From an uncultured bacterium (GTDB lineage: Bacteria > Cyanobacteriota > Vampirovibrionia > Obscuribacterales > Obscuribacteraceae), in contig CAILLX010000133.1 in assembly GCA_903835185.1 (NCBI GenBank), forward strand, positions 6,174 to 70,173: a stretch of 64,000 nt of DNA, written 5' to 3'. The notes under the pieces were generated by a model, which saw nothing but the letters and a program-made list of their open reading frames with translations, made no database searches and had not been told where the DNA came from. Shown in pieces: positions 27,544-37,673 of the stretch. Every line of letters starts with the position of its first letter. Position 1 is the first letter of the stretch. The position numbers were made by a program, and so were the translations under genes.

Positions 27544-30500
27544 TCTACAACTTTTAAATAATCCAGAGGTGAATAAGCTCGCACCCGCTTGGTGTACATA
27601 CCTTCAACTGACATCGGGTTGATCTGGAAGGTACCGGGCATCTCGAGACGCACCAGAGTCCAGAACTCATGTTTGCCAGCCGGCAGGCTGGTCACGAAAA
27701 AGACAATGCGGTCATCCAGGATATCCTGATGTGTCCACCACAAGTCGCCCCAGTCACCAGTAATGCCAGAGGCACCGCTACTGCTGGACTCCACCATCTC
27801 TTTGCGTGAATCATCTTCCACTACTTCCGCACCGCTGGGCAACGCTGCTTCCAATATGACGTAGGGCAAACGTACTGGCGCCTCGACATTGACCTTCATC
27901 AGCACAGTCTCGCCTGCATGTATTACATGATCAGTGATTGCTTCAGTGTTGTAATGAATTGAGCCGTCCGACTTGACAGCATTTGGCTTCAGCCTGAAGA
28001 ACTGGCGCTCCAGGTGAACGCCTTGCGGCATTGATTTTTCAACAGCCTGATCACCAGGCAACAGATGTCGCATATAAGTAAGCAGGCTTGAATAGTAGAG
28101 TCGCCCCGGACCTGTCTTCTTAAGCAGCAACTCAGCCGGTGAGCTTGGCACTGGAACAGCAAGAGTCTCTTCAGGAGCATACGCACTGCGCTCGCCAAAA
28201 GTCAGGTTGGTCAAAGCGGTGCCTGCTAGTGTTGCAACCAGGGAGAAGTCCGGCTTTCCGTGCGAGCGTGCTTTCAATTCCTCATTAAGGAGGGCTACAA
28301 AGACCTCTGCTGTGGTCTTTGTATTCCCCCAGCCGTCGCGGTCACGGTTAAGCAGAATCCAGTTCTTTATCGCTTCAATCTTATCGGAGGCACCAGGTTC
28401 AGCAGCTAGAACAGCCTCAAGCGCCAGTGCTGTTGTCTCAACTCCTGTAAAACGGTAGCTGTATGGCACAAACTCCCCAGAAGCACTCCTGGCACTGAAG
28501 CGCTTAAGCAATGACTCACGGTGATCCCAGTCCATCATATTGTCATTAACGTAAGCCAGGCTAATGAGCCGTTTGTAGAAGAGGTTAGCGTTGGTGCTAT
28601 CGCCGCTTTGCAAGCAGGCTCTGGTCAGACAAGAGAGCGCCTCCGGTGTCAGTTTTCTGTTTACTGCCTGCAGCTGCTTCACCATTGCCGTAGCCGGGTG
28701 CTGCCCATAAAGACTCATGACATGCACAGCTTTAGCAATATCAATATAAATTTCCTGCTCTGAATAATCGTTGCGTAACAACTTAGGATCATTAAGCTGC
28801 TTGAACACAGCTGGTAACGACCTGGAAAGCCAGTTAAGCGCTTTGTTTGTCCTTGACTTGTCGACCTCCCGTCCACACTGTCTGAGCAGGTAATAACCCT
28901 CCAGAACGTGCGCAGTTAGATATATGTTGGAGCTGTCATTTTCCCACCAACCCCAGCCGCCATCGCTGTGCTGATAGTCATCCAGTTTCTTCACAGAAAG
29001 GTCATAAACTTTCTTGAACTTCTCTGACATCCCTTTATCCAGAGGCACACCAAGAGCTTGATTTAAGCGGATGGCAACTACTGACGGCATAAGGCGACTC
29101 ATAGTCTGTTCTGTGCAACCGTACGGATAGTCGATGAGCTTGCTGAAATTGCCTAAAACAGGTCCAATTGATGAAGCTGCCAGCGAAAGTTGATATTTTG
29201 CTGTCGCAGGAACAGCATCGCGGGAGAGCCCAACAGGCAGAACAGCCTCGCTAGAGTCCAAAGACAAAACGCCAGATTTGGCTGCAAAAGCCGGCAGACC
29301 AAGAGGACGCACCGGGATTTTGCGTTCAATGGCATCACCTGCTGTCTGCCCTACTGCCTTGCAGAAGATAGTGCTTTGTCCAGATCCAACAACCTTAATA
29401 GGCCACTCTATACGCTCAGCTGCTTCAGGAGCAATGCCACGATCTTGCACAAGCGGCTTGCTCACCTCGAACTGAGGCGGAGACTCCAGAGTCACTTTAA
29501 CTTTTTGAGTCTTGTCTGTGTAATTGTGTACAACAGCGCTGATGACACCAACATCACCTTCAGTAAAGAAACGTGGCAGAGCAAGTCTTAAAATTAAATC
29601 TTGCGTAGAGACAATCTTGCTTATAGCCGCACCCACATTAACAGCCAGATCGATACCACGTACTGTGGCACGCCAGGTTGTGAGATTATCGGGCAACTTG
29701 ATGGTAGCAGTTGCTACACCGTCAGAATTAGTCGTGAGCGCCGGAACCCAGGCAGCTGTATCGCGAAAGTCTTTCCTGACCCTGGGTTCAATCTTGTCCG
29801 GACCTCCAGAGTATTGTTCCGGGAAGGAGCACAAAGTATTGACACTATTGTATTTGCGGCTGTAGAAAAACTTCTGGATATTTTCGGCTGTTTCAGCACG
29901 AATGGCATAGATGCTCTCATCCACTACACCCAATGACACTTCTGTATTGGGTGCCGGTTTGCCATTGGCAGAAGTGGCATGAATAGTGTATTTGACACTG
30001 TCGCCAGGTTTGTACTTTGTCTTATCTGTTTCAACTGTTATGGTCAAGAAATGCTCTGCAGGAGAGACCTTAATCATCTTTGATTGAGTATAGAACTGAC
30101 GATCAGGTGCTACGACAGCCACACTGACAAAAACATCAGGCTCACATTCAGCTTTAATAGGCACCTCAACCAGCTGTGCAGTCGAAGTCATAGGAACAGT
30201 TCTATAGTTGAAAATATGTGATCCTTCTATCGAAACTATCGCCTCGGCTCCTTCAGTGCCTGTAAAAGGACCGCTAACCATCACCTTAGCTGTCTCGCCA
30301 GGCTTATAAATACTCTTGTCCAGCCTGACAGTGAGGGGCTCTTGATGAGCATCTTCACCGGCGAGCATATAAGGTGCAGACTGGTTGGCAATCCACAAGC
30401 TACTTTCGTCATAGACTATATGCCCGCTCTGGTCCACAGCTTGAGCAGTCACGTAATAAGTATCAGTCGGTAAAGCACCTTTGGTAGGGAAAGAGAGATG

Positions 30501-32573
30501 TCCCCCTCCGCGTTCATCTGTCGCGATTGTGTACTCCTTTTCAATTTCACGAGCACGATAGCTGTGTGCAGCTGCATCCCACGGCCAGCGTACCAACCGC
30601 ACAGTCACCTTCTGATTAGCCACCGGTTTGCGATCATAATCGACTGCGTTAAAGTCGATAGAGAGCCTCTGTCCTGATTTGACAACTGATGAGGTAGGCT
30701 GCACAAATACAGCGAAATTACCTGCCGTGACAGTTGCATAGCCGCTGGAAATCACACTCATACGGCTCAAATCAGTAACTTCAGCTTCAATCTTATAACG
30801 CTTATCAAGATACTGGGCGCCAAACGGATGAGATGTATCCGGCTCAATTGGCTGTGAATCAAAAGTAATTGTTGCTACACCGTTATCGTCTGTCTGGGCG
30901 TAACCTTCAGTGACAAAGTTGTTGCCATAACTGTCGTAATAATAGGATGAACCGCCATCCTCTTCGCCCCAGTCATCGAAATAACCGTAATAGCTTGGTC
31001 GTGCCATGAGGCGATAACGAGAAGACCAGTCTGTTGAAGAGTAGACTGAATACTTCACGCGAGCATTGCGTACCGGACCGCCAAAATAATATGTAGCATG
31101 CACGTGTGCTGTCACTTTCGCACCTGCCACCACTCGCGGTTGCGCCGGCAACACTTCCACTTGATATTCTGGTTTGCGATACTGGCTGACTTCAAAGCGT
31201 TCATAAGCTTTAGAGCCGTCAGGATAAGTAAACGTCACCTGGTAGGCTCCTGTCTTGCCCTCATCAGGAATATTAATTGTCCCGTTTACAGTGCCATGAT
31301 CGTTGGTTCGCAGATGTTGTTCAGTAAGTTTGTTATTGTCAGGATCTTCAACAACTGCTTGCACAGTAAGTCCTGTTTTGGGAGTCTTGTACCCAGCTGC
31401 TACCGACTTGCGGATAATAGCTTTATAACAGACTGTCTGTCCAAGTCTGTACACTGGGCGATCTGTATAAAAGTAGGTTTGATAACTATCTGCTCGATTA
31501 GAAAAATACCAGGCAGCTCCATAAGCATGCTGGTTGCCGATTGTGCCTACCACCATCAAATTCCGGCTCTCGTCACCTTGCGGACTGGGGAGCGAGACAA
31601 AGCCATCGACAGCTGTGACCCCGGTTGCCATAGGCTTACCTACTGCTGACTGACTGACCAGATACATGGAAACTTTTACGCCTTGTTTAGCATGCAAGCT
31701 CCGCAGGTCAACTGCACGCACCAGCGTGCGATCAGGAGCTTGCTTAATCACCAGCCCTATGTCTGTGACAGCAAACCACATAAAGTTGCGGTCAACCTTA
31801 CCCTCCATATTGGTCAGCTCTGCTACAGCAAAATAATCGCCTGGGGCAAGCGGCTTCGTAAGCTTAAAGTCAGCACGAGCAGAGTCGTTGTCATCCAGAG
31901 AGAGCTCCCTGGACAAAGTGGCTACAGGAGCTCCAGCGGCAATAAAATTAACTACTTCAGCTCCGGAGCGGTAGAACTGCAACTCAGCTGAAAGGTCAAG
32001 CCCGTTGTCTCCCCAATCTCTTTCTGTTAGCAAAGAAAGAAAGTCTTTACGATATAGTTTCACCTTGGCGTGCATACCGCCGGAGGCGTTCAGCCAGAAG
32101 TGCGGCAGCTCGGCTGTTGTAAACACACGTGTATTTGAAGCAACAGTGACAGACGGCTGAAGAACATTCATGGCAATAGTCTTGGGCAGAGCAGTCGTTT
32201 TGCCTTCGTCAACAAAAATGCCGCTTTCATGCTCAGTTGAGTAGCCCGGTGCATGTGCTTTTAAAGTGTATTCACCTACAGGCAGGTGGTCTATACGGAA
32301 GGATCCATCTGGTGTCACCCAGACACCACGTTCTATCGTCTGGTCACCGCGTGGTCCCTGAGCCACTGCATAAACTTTGTTTTGCCGAATGTCATAAGAA
32401 AAAAGATGGAAGTCTGTCTTTTCAAGCGCAATCCGCCCGGCAAGAGATCCTGTCGGTTTAGCCAGGCTCAAAATTAAGATGCCAAAGAGAACGAGCTTTA
32501 ATAATGTCAAGTAGACCGGTAAGAAAATATCTTTTTCGCTCTTGACCAACGACTTTGTTTCACTGGTAGACAT
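27540..32573 (-). CDS. bacterial alpha-2-macroglobulin (thioester-containing, YfhM/ECAM-like)
   Basis: 1677 aa with an N-terminal signal/anchor and many Ig-like MG-domain repeats. Thioester motif YPYGCTEQTMSRL, alpha-helical TED region (DGGWGWW), and C-terminal receptor-binding-like domain. Confidence 0.9.
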   Translation of the reverse strand: MSTSETKSLVKSEKDIFLPVYLTLLKLVLFGILILSLAKPTGSLAGRIALEKTDFHLFSYDIRQNKVYAVAQGPRGDQTIERGVWVTPDGSFRIDHLPVGEYTLKAHAPGYSTEHESGIFVDEGKTTALPKTIAMNVLQPSVTVASNTRVFTTAELPHFWLNASGGMHAKVKLYRKDFLSLLTERDWGDNGLDLSAELQFYRSGAEVVNFIAAGAPVATLSRELSLDDNDSARADFKLTKPLAPGDYFAVAELTNMEGKVDRNFMWFAVTDIGLVIKQAPDRTLVRAVDLRSLHAKQGVKVSMYLVSQSAVGKPMATGVTAVDGFVSLPSPQGDESRNLMVVGTIGNQHAYGAAWYFSNRADSYQTYFYTDRPVYRLGQTVCYKAIIRKSVAAGYKTPKTGLTVQAVVEDPDNNKLTEQHLRTNDHGTVNGTINIPDEGKTGAYQVTFTYPDGSKAYERFEVSQYRKPEYQVEVLPAQPRVVAGAKVTAHVHATYYFGGPVRNARVKYSVYSSTDWSSRYRLMARPSYYGYFDDWGEEDGGSSYYYDSYGNNFVTEGYAQTDDNGVATITFDSQPIEPDTSHPFGAQYLDKRYKIEAEVTDLSRMSVISSGYATVTAGNFAVFVQPTSSVVKSGQRLSIDFNAVDYDRKPVANQKVTVRLVRWPWDAAAHSYRAREIEKEYTIATDERGGGHLSFPTKGALPTDTYYVTAQAVDQSGHIVYDESSLWIANQSAPYMLAGEDAHQEPLTVRLDKSIYKPGETAKVMVSGPFTGTEGAEAIVSIEGSHIFNYRTVPMTSTAQLVEVPIKAECEPDVFVSVAVVAPDRQFYTQSKMIKVSPAEHFLTITVETDKTKYKPGDSVKYTIHATSANGKPAPNTEVSLGVVDESIYAIRAETAENIQKFFYSRKYNSVNTLCSFPEQYSGGPDKIEPRVRKDFRDTAAWVPALTTNSDGVATATIKLPDNLTTWRATVRGIDLAVNVGAAISKIVSTQDLILRLALPRFFTEGDVGVISAVVHNYTDKTQKVKVTLESPPQFEVSKPLVQDRGIAPEAAERIEWPIKVVGSGQSTIFCKAVGQTAGDAIERKIPVRPLGLPAFAAKSGVLSLDSSEAVLPVGLSRDAVPATAKYQLSLAASSIGPVLGNFSKLIDYPYGCTEQTMSRLMPSVVAIRLNQALGVPLDKGMSEKFKKVYDLSVKKLDDYQHSDGGWGWWENDSSNIYLTAHVLEGYYLLRQCGREVDKSRTNKALNWLSRSLPAVFKQLNDPKLLRNDYSEQEIYIDIAKAVHVMSLYGQHPATAMVKQLQAVNRKLTPEALSCLTRACLQSGDSTNANLFYKRLISLAYVNDNMMDWDHRESLLKRFSARSASGEFVPYSYRFTGVETTALALEAVLAAEPGASDKIEAIKNWILLNRDRDGWGNTKTTAEVFVALLNEELKARSHGKPDFSLVATLAGTALTNLTFGERSAYAPEETLAVPVPSSPAELLLKKTGPGRLYYSSLLTYMRHLLPGDQAVEKSMPQGVHLERQFFRLKPNAVKSDGSIHYNTEAITDHVIHAGETVLMKVNVEAPVRLPYVILEAALPSGAEVVEDDSRKEMVESSSSGASGITGDWGDLWWTHQDILDDRIVFFVTSLPAGKHEFWTLVRLEMPGTFQINPMSVEGMYTKRVRAYSPLDYLKVVE

Positions 32574-33186
32574 CGGCTCTTATCCTGTATAGCTGGCACG
32601 GTTCGCCAGGACGGATCCCGGCTTTCAATTTACACTTAACAAGCTGGTAGTAAGCGTCGCGCGCTTCCCCAGGCAAAAGGATACCTGACTTACCGCCAGC
32701 TCTGACCATCAGTCCGTCAGAAAGCGGGTTCTGCATTTCGATACTATGTATCGGCTCAACTGCTTTGACAACAGTGACCTGCACTTTGAGCTGCTCCCAT
32801 TCACCACTACTGATAAGGCGGAAGCGATAATCATGTGTTAACGCTGCCACAGTGGCATAAACAGTAGCAGCAACTAGGTCTTTATGCACTGGAGTTAAAG
32901 ATCCCCAGCAGGCTCTTGACTGCCCTCTTCGCGATAATGTGACAAACAGTCCGCCCTGCTTGCTCGCACTTTCGCCCGCCGGAAACTCCTGGATTAACTT
33001 TGCCAGAGAGCCCCTCTTGAGCCTGTCGCTAGCAAAGTAGTACTCAACAGTTCGTCTGGCCACCTGAGTAAGTGTGACCGAAGGCAGTGCCTGGACTGAT
33101 GAAGACAGCAGCAACAAACAGGCTAGCACTGATGTGACAGCATAAACTCTCGAAAGTCCAGATAATTTTGTCACTTCTGCTCCCAC
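32560..33186 (-). CDS. AMMECR1-like protein with an N-terminal signal peptide
   Basis: GGLFVTLSRRGQSRACWGSL (compare FVTL..G.LRGCIG), DYRF, and GLMVRAGGKSGILLPGEA (compare hGl.i..g...g.fLPqVa). Hydrophobic leader VTSVLACLLLLSSSVQA. Overlaps the A2M start by 14 nt. Confidence 0.65.
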   Translation of the reverse strand: MGAEVTKLSGLSRVYAVTSVLACLLLLSSSVQALPSVTLTQVARRTVEYYFASDRLKRGSLAKLIQEFPAGESASKQGGLFVTLSRRGQSRACWGSLTPVHKDLVAATVYATVAALTHDYRFRLISSGEWEQLKVQVTVVKAVEPIHSIEMQNPLSDGLMVRAGGKSGILLPGEARDAYYQLVKCKLKAGIRPGEPCQLYRIRADVYQ

Positions 33187-33352
33187 CAGCTAAACTGATC
33201 TGAGCGCACAGATGGTGCCACCAGGACCACGGTCGCTACTCGTGTAGATGAGCAGGCTAACATGCCGCAGCCTCTAAGACAACGGCTGCATCGCCGTCGA
33301 CTCCTCGCTGTATGCTGGTAGCTTAGAACAAACACTGGCGGGATAACAAACA

Positions 33353-34276
33353 ATGGGTGCAGATGAAAACAATGATAGATATTCTACAGGCCGGCGGCAG
33401 TTTCTGAAGCTGCTTTTCGGAGTCGGCAGCACAATTGAAACCAAGCCAGCCGAGGCTAGCAGATCCATTCCTGGAAATTTTTTCTGGGCAGATCTCAAGA
33501 GTGGACAGATAGGTTTTCCAACCGGCTGTTCACTGCCTGCTGCACTGCCTGGATCTTTAATGAAACTGCCAGCAGCAGCAGCTATTCGCAATGAACACCT
33601 CTTGCCTGAAAACACCACGTTTGAGTGTACCGGCACAATCACAATTCACCAGAAGAGATACAACTGCCAGATTGCCCATGGGGTCTTAGACCTGGCTCAA
33701 GCGATTGGGCACTCTTGCAATGTTTTCTTTGCCCAGGCAGCTGAGTCGCTCGGCTGCGCTACATTCCTCTCGTATGCTTGCCGATTCGGACTGGATAGAG
33801 CAGTAGCTGGATTTGCCTCCGGACCTTTCCCGGCTGAGTGCAGAGGCACCACTCAACAATATGTGCTTGGCTTATCTGAAGATTTTCAACCGCACGCCTT
33901 GCAAATTCTGCAGATGAGCGCTCTTATTGCCACCAGAGGTCGCCTCCCATCCCTCCACAGCGCAGAGGATCCAAACCCTGCTTATGTGTCGCCGGTTCTC
34001 CATCTCAAAGATTCCACCTGGGAGCTGCTTAGTCACGGTATGCAACTGTCCTGCCGGATGGGTACTGCTCACGCTCTCGATCCAGGCAACAAGCTTCACC
34101 TGGCTGTAAAGACCGGTACCGCTCCTTATGGCAAAACTTTTCAGTCATGGGCAACAGGTTATTTCCCGGCAGAATCTCCACGCTATGCATTTTGTGCCCG
34201 AGCACAGGTAGGTACCAGTCAGACCAGCGCTGTGCCGCTTGCTCACCAATATCTCTTTGCAACGAACTGGCCCTGA
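33353..34276 (+). CDS. penicillin-binding transpeptidase-domain protein with a Tat-type signal
   Basis: GRRQFLKLL twin-arginine motif. All three PBP boxes are present: SLMK (SxxK), SCN (SxN) and KTGTA (KTG). There is no glycosyltransferase or dimerisation domain. Confidence 0.72.
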   Translation: MGADENNDRYSTGRRQFLKLLFGVGSTIETKPAEASRSIPGNFFWADLKSGQIGFPTGCSLPAALPGSLMKLPAAAAIRNEHLLPENTTFECTGTITIHQKRYNCQIAHGVLDLAQAIGHSCNVFFAQAAESLGCATFLSYACRFGLDRAVAGFASGPFPAECRGTTQQYVLGLSEDFQPHALQILQMSALIATRGRLPSLHSAEDPNPAYVSPVLHLKDSTWELLSHGMQLSCRMGTAHALDPGNKLHLAVKTGTAPYGKTFQSWATGYFPAESPRYAFCARAQVGTSQTSAVPLAHQYLFATNWP

Positions 34277-34560
34277 AAGCTGGTTCTGCCTCAATTGTGA
34301 GTTCCGAGGCAAAGCCGGTCAAACATGTCTGAACGGCTTGCCTCTGATGCTACCATACGTCGACTACACGCCAGGATACCGGCATGGTTCTGCCAGTGTT
34401 ACAGTTGCTTCCAGGTTCCACATGGAGCTAAGATGTTATTCAGTTCAAGCAAGCAGGATCAGTTATTCAATTGGACGCAATAGCACAGCCAGAACCGGCA
34501 TGCCAATAGCTGCAGCTTTCAGCAAGGAGAAAGCTTTTCAATGAACTGTTTTGAGTTGAT

Positions 34561-35055
34561 ATGAGCGACGAAGAGTCCATAAAGCAAAACTGTTTTCTTG
34601 TTGGTTATGCACTTGAGCAACGGCAGTGCGACCTGCAGTACTCAAAGCAAACTCAGAAAATTAGCGAGTTTTGCAGTCAAGCCAATTACAACCTGATTTT
34701 TACTGAGCTGGAAGTTGGCGTCACCAAAAATATTTGCCGCGCCGGTCTCTGGCGAGTGACACGCGCCCTAGTCTGCTACCAGTGCGAACCCGATTTCATG
34801 CCTGTTTCTTTTGATGTCGACGCCTGGGTGCAGCGTGCCATGATGCCATGCCGGTGCGCTGAGCCTCTTTCTGTCGACGGACTTGTGGTCACTTCAATCA
34901 ATTCAATCTGCAGCGAACCAGTTGTTGGGTCCACATATGCTCTCAATCTGGCCAGAGCCCGTAAACACTTATTTGTCATCGACAAGTTGCGCTGTGTCAG
35001 CTGCTGTAATCCTGCTGCCGACCCATTGCTGGGCGGCAAGACGATACTGCGCTGA
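34561..35055 (+). CDS. hypothetical Cys-rich protein
   Basis: 164-aa ORF with about 14 Cys. No confident family assignment. Confidence 0.3.
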   Translation: MSDEESIKQNCFLVGYALEQRQCDLQYSKQTQKISEFCSQANYNLIFTELEVGVTKNICRAGLWRVTRALVCYQCEPDFMPVSFDVDAWVQRAMMPCRCAEPLSVDGLVVTSINSICSEPVVGSTYALNLARARKHLFVIDKLRCVSCCNPAADPLLGGKTILR

Positions 35056-35096
35056 AAGAGCTCTTTCAGGACAGCAATCAGTTCCGAGATGACTGG

Positions 35097-35681
35097 TTAC
35101 GAGCGAGCAGCAATGCGTTTTCTGTTTTGTACAACAGGCTCACCCTGAGCAGCCTTTTCGTTGGCAAAGCGCCAGTATAGTTCGAAGGCGTACCAGAAAA
35201 GTACGATAGGCGAGATACTCATAAAGGCATCTTCTGCACCTCCCCGCCGCCAGCGCAACACGCCAGCTGCCATAAAAAGCAACGGAACTACTGACTTCAG
35301 GTCTAACGCATGACTTGTGGCCGAAGAAAGATGCCCGTTGGCAGCTGTGACCATATCCTTGACAAAATGCCCCACAGTTGCCAACCCGCCTGTCTCCACA
35401 TCCGCGTCATCAGCAACAAGAGACTCTAAAATGTCGCCGGAAGAGTCTGTCAGTGTCTTTTCTATAGCAGCAAGGATGCCTGCCTCTTCGTCGTGATGAA
35501 TGAGAATGCTGCCAGTGCCATAATCCAAATCTACGCCGTTGACGCCAGGAGTAGTTCGCAACGCATCGGCTGCATTGTCCAGCTCCTGAACAGATCGATA
35601 TTGCTTAGGTACTCTCAGTCGCGTACGCATGGGCAGATGGTGCACTACACCTTTTGACCGCACATTTAGTCGTCCAACCAT
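35097..35681 (-). CDS. HMA2-like (heavy-metal-associated-like) domain protein with C-terminal TM helices
   Basis: VVHHLPMRTRLRVP...ALRTTPGVNGVDLDYGTGSILIHHD resembles the HMA2 fold signature (HxxPGRxRxxVP ... GV..v..n..tgS.l..yd). Two hydrophobic helices at the C-terminus. Confidence 0.5.
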   Translation of the reverse strand: MVGRLNVRSKGVVHHLPMRTRLRVPKQYRSVQELDNAADALRTTPGVNGVDLDYGTGSILIHHDEEAGILAAIEKTLTDSSGDILESLVADDADVETGGLATVGHFVKDMVTAANGHLSSATSHALDLKSVVPLLFMAAGVLRWRRGGAEDAFMSISPIVLFWYAFELYWRFANEKAAQGEPVVQNRKRIAARS

Positions 35682-35767
35682 TTAATTCACCCCATCACTT
35701 AACGACAATGCCATGAAGATGTTCTGACTTCTCAGAAGCAGGCATCTTCATGGCTGCCTGCTTCCTG

Positions 35768-36019
35768 TTACGCTTCTTCCTTGTGCGTATGCTTCTTAGC
35801 ATGACCTTTACGCTCGGACTGGACTTCAGCTACAACATCTGTAGCCTCTTCGCGCACTTCAGAAACAATCTCTTTGACACGTTCGCTTACAACGAGCCCG
35901 GCCCGAATGACTCCTTTAGCTGCAGTGCGTAAGAACTTGCGCCCGCCTGGCATAACAAATAGCACAACAGCTAGTAGTCCCCAACGTCCCGTGACAACTC
36001 CGAACAACTCTTCTAACAT
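35768..36019 (-). CDS. small membrane protein, DUF5132-like
   Basis: 83 aa with an N-terminal TM helix and a charged helical tail (KEIVSEVREEATDVVAEVQSE). Directly upstream of the HMA2-like gene. Confidence 0.4.
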   Translation of the reverse strand: MLEELFGVVTGRWGLLAVVLFVMPGGRKFLRTAAKGVIRAGLVVSERVKEIVSEVREEATDVVAEVQSERKGHAKKHTHKEEA

Positions 36020-36422
36020 AATCCAACTCCTTTATATGGCAGCCGCCAAACTTGATACGAATGAAGCGCAAGTAAGCAATAAACTGCCTCTCAGGACTGC
36101 CTGCGCAGCAATCGTTAAATTGGCGACCACATCCTCCCCCAATCTAACAGGAATTCTCGCAATATCTGTATCTGCTGTCTACGAAACGAGCCTTATTCTA
36201 ATGAACCTCTTATTTTAATAAAGCTTGTCTTTCTATAGAACAGTGCAATCGATACCAAGAGGGCATCCAGTTACGCTCCTATGACAACTCAAGAAACCTG
36301 TTATTGACATCAACCCAGCGACTATCACGCAAGGAGATCGAGGACACTCTGGATAATCGAAGTGCAAACTGATAGATTCGCTAATGGAGACATTTACTGA
36401 CTTCGGCAATAAGGAGGCAGCA

Positions 36423-36503
36423 ATGGTTCGAGCCTTTACAACTGCAGCAGATTCTTTATGGTCAATTGACCCTGCGCACACCAAGCCTGCTGATAATGGC
36501 TAG
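36423..36503 (+). CDS. possible 26-codon upstream ORF overlapping the SpoIID-like start
   Basis: AAGGAGG (36411-36417) lies 5 nt before ATG 36423. It encodes MVRAFTTAADSLWSIDPAHTKPADNG*. The stop TAG at 36501-36503 overlaps ATG 36496 of the downstream gene, which has no RBS of its own. Confidence 0.25.
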   Translation: MVRAFTTAADSLWSIDPAHTKPADNG

Positions 36504-37638
36504 GAGAGGACGGCTAGCTCAGTTCTTAAGCATTGCCTTACTTGTTCTGAACGCCTGTGCCACTGCCTGCGGTGCTCAACAAGCAACTGTCGCTGTCAGC
36601 CTGTTTGATGCATATCAGCCAACTGCCACTCTCTTTGTAGAAGGTCCATGTGAACTAATCGTCCCATTCCATCGAGGAGTTCCAACTGGTTTGTATAAAG
36701 TCTCAGTTGAGAAGAACGGTATTGCTGTGACTCCGGTACGAGCCAGTTCGCCACAGCTGATAGCTGGTGCAAGCAAAGTGGTTTTCACCGGTGCAGGACA
36801 CGCACTGCTCAGCTTGCGCCACCCCGCAGTAATGGTAAAGCGCCACTATCATGGTGCCGTTGAACTTACCGTAAGATCTGATCGCAAACTCAAAATTAAC
36901 AATTCTCTTCCAATCAGAGATTACGTCAGGTCGGTTGTAGCAAGCGAGACGCTGCCAAACTGGCCGCTGGAGGCACTCAAAGCTCAGGCAGTGCTCACTC
37001 AAACAAGGCTATTCCGTTATCTTCCAGGAGACGAGCTGGGTGATACAACGCAACAAGAGGTCTATCTTGGAAGCGGGAACGATCGCGCTGACATTGCCGC
37101 TGCAGTTGCTTCGGTCTCCGGACAGATACTTGCCTATGATCATCGACCAATTCAACCTTTCTACCATTCTACTTGTGCCGGGTCCACTAGTGACGGCTCT
37201 GCCATCTTTGGCAAAAACGCAGAGCACATGGTTTATCTCGCTTCTGTAAGTTGCAGCTATTGCAAGCAATCTCCTTTCTGCAAGACGACAAGCAGCCGCA
37301 TCAGGCAACAGCCTTTCAACTCGATCTTTGGATCAGGCACAACATCAGTCGCCACCACAGATAGTAGCGGACGTCCGCTTGAAATTATCCTCGGGGATGG
37401 ACGGCATATGCGTGCTTATGACTTCTGGATCAAGCTCGGCAAGAACTTTGGCTGGGATAAGGCCCCTGGTAATCGCTTTACCATCGGCACGGACTCTCAT
37501 GGTGATGTACTGTTGAAATCAACAGGAGCAGGTCATGGAGTCGGACTTTGTCAGTGGGGTGCTGCCGGACAGGCCAGACTGGGACGCTCATATAGAGAGA
37601 TATTGCAGTACTATTTCCCAGGCACACAGATAGAATAG
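36466..37638 (+). CDS. SpoIID/LytB-domain protein (lytic-transglycosylase/amidase-enhancer family)
   Basis: Signal peptide, YVRSVVASE, FYHSTCAGSTSDG, GHGVGLCQWGA motifs. The real start may be ATG 36496. Confidence 0.85.
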   Translation: MTLRTPSLLIMARRGRLAQFLSIALLVLNACATACGAQQATVAVSLFDAYQPTATLFVEGPCELIVPFHRGVPTGLYKVSVEKNGIAVTPVRASSPQLIAGASKVVFTGAGHALLSLRHPAVMVKRHYHGAVELTVRSDRKLKINNSLPIRDYVRSVVASETLPNWPLEALKAQAVLTQTRLFRYLPGDELGDTTQQEVYLGSGNDRADIAAAVASVSGQILAYDHRPIQPFYHSTCAGSTSDGSAIFGKNAEHMVYLASVSCSYCKQSPFCKTTSSRIRQQPFNSIFGSGTTSVATTDSSGRPLEIILGDGRHMRAYDFWIKLGKNFGWDKAPGNRFTIGTDSHGDVLLKSTGAGHGVGLCQWGAAGQARLGRSYREILQYYFPGTQIE

Positions 37639-37673
37639 GGTGCAGTGGCTGGTATCTGCATCAACGGAGTGCT

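Noticed and set aside
34561-35055. Faint resemblance of the Cys-rich 164-aa protein to a serine-recombinase (resolvase) catalytic domain (FLVGYA…, GLVVTSINSI…)
   Set aside because: The catalytic Ser and the YxRVS motif are absent (YALEQRQ) and there is no HTH. The similarity is too weak to call without a profile search.
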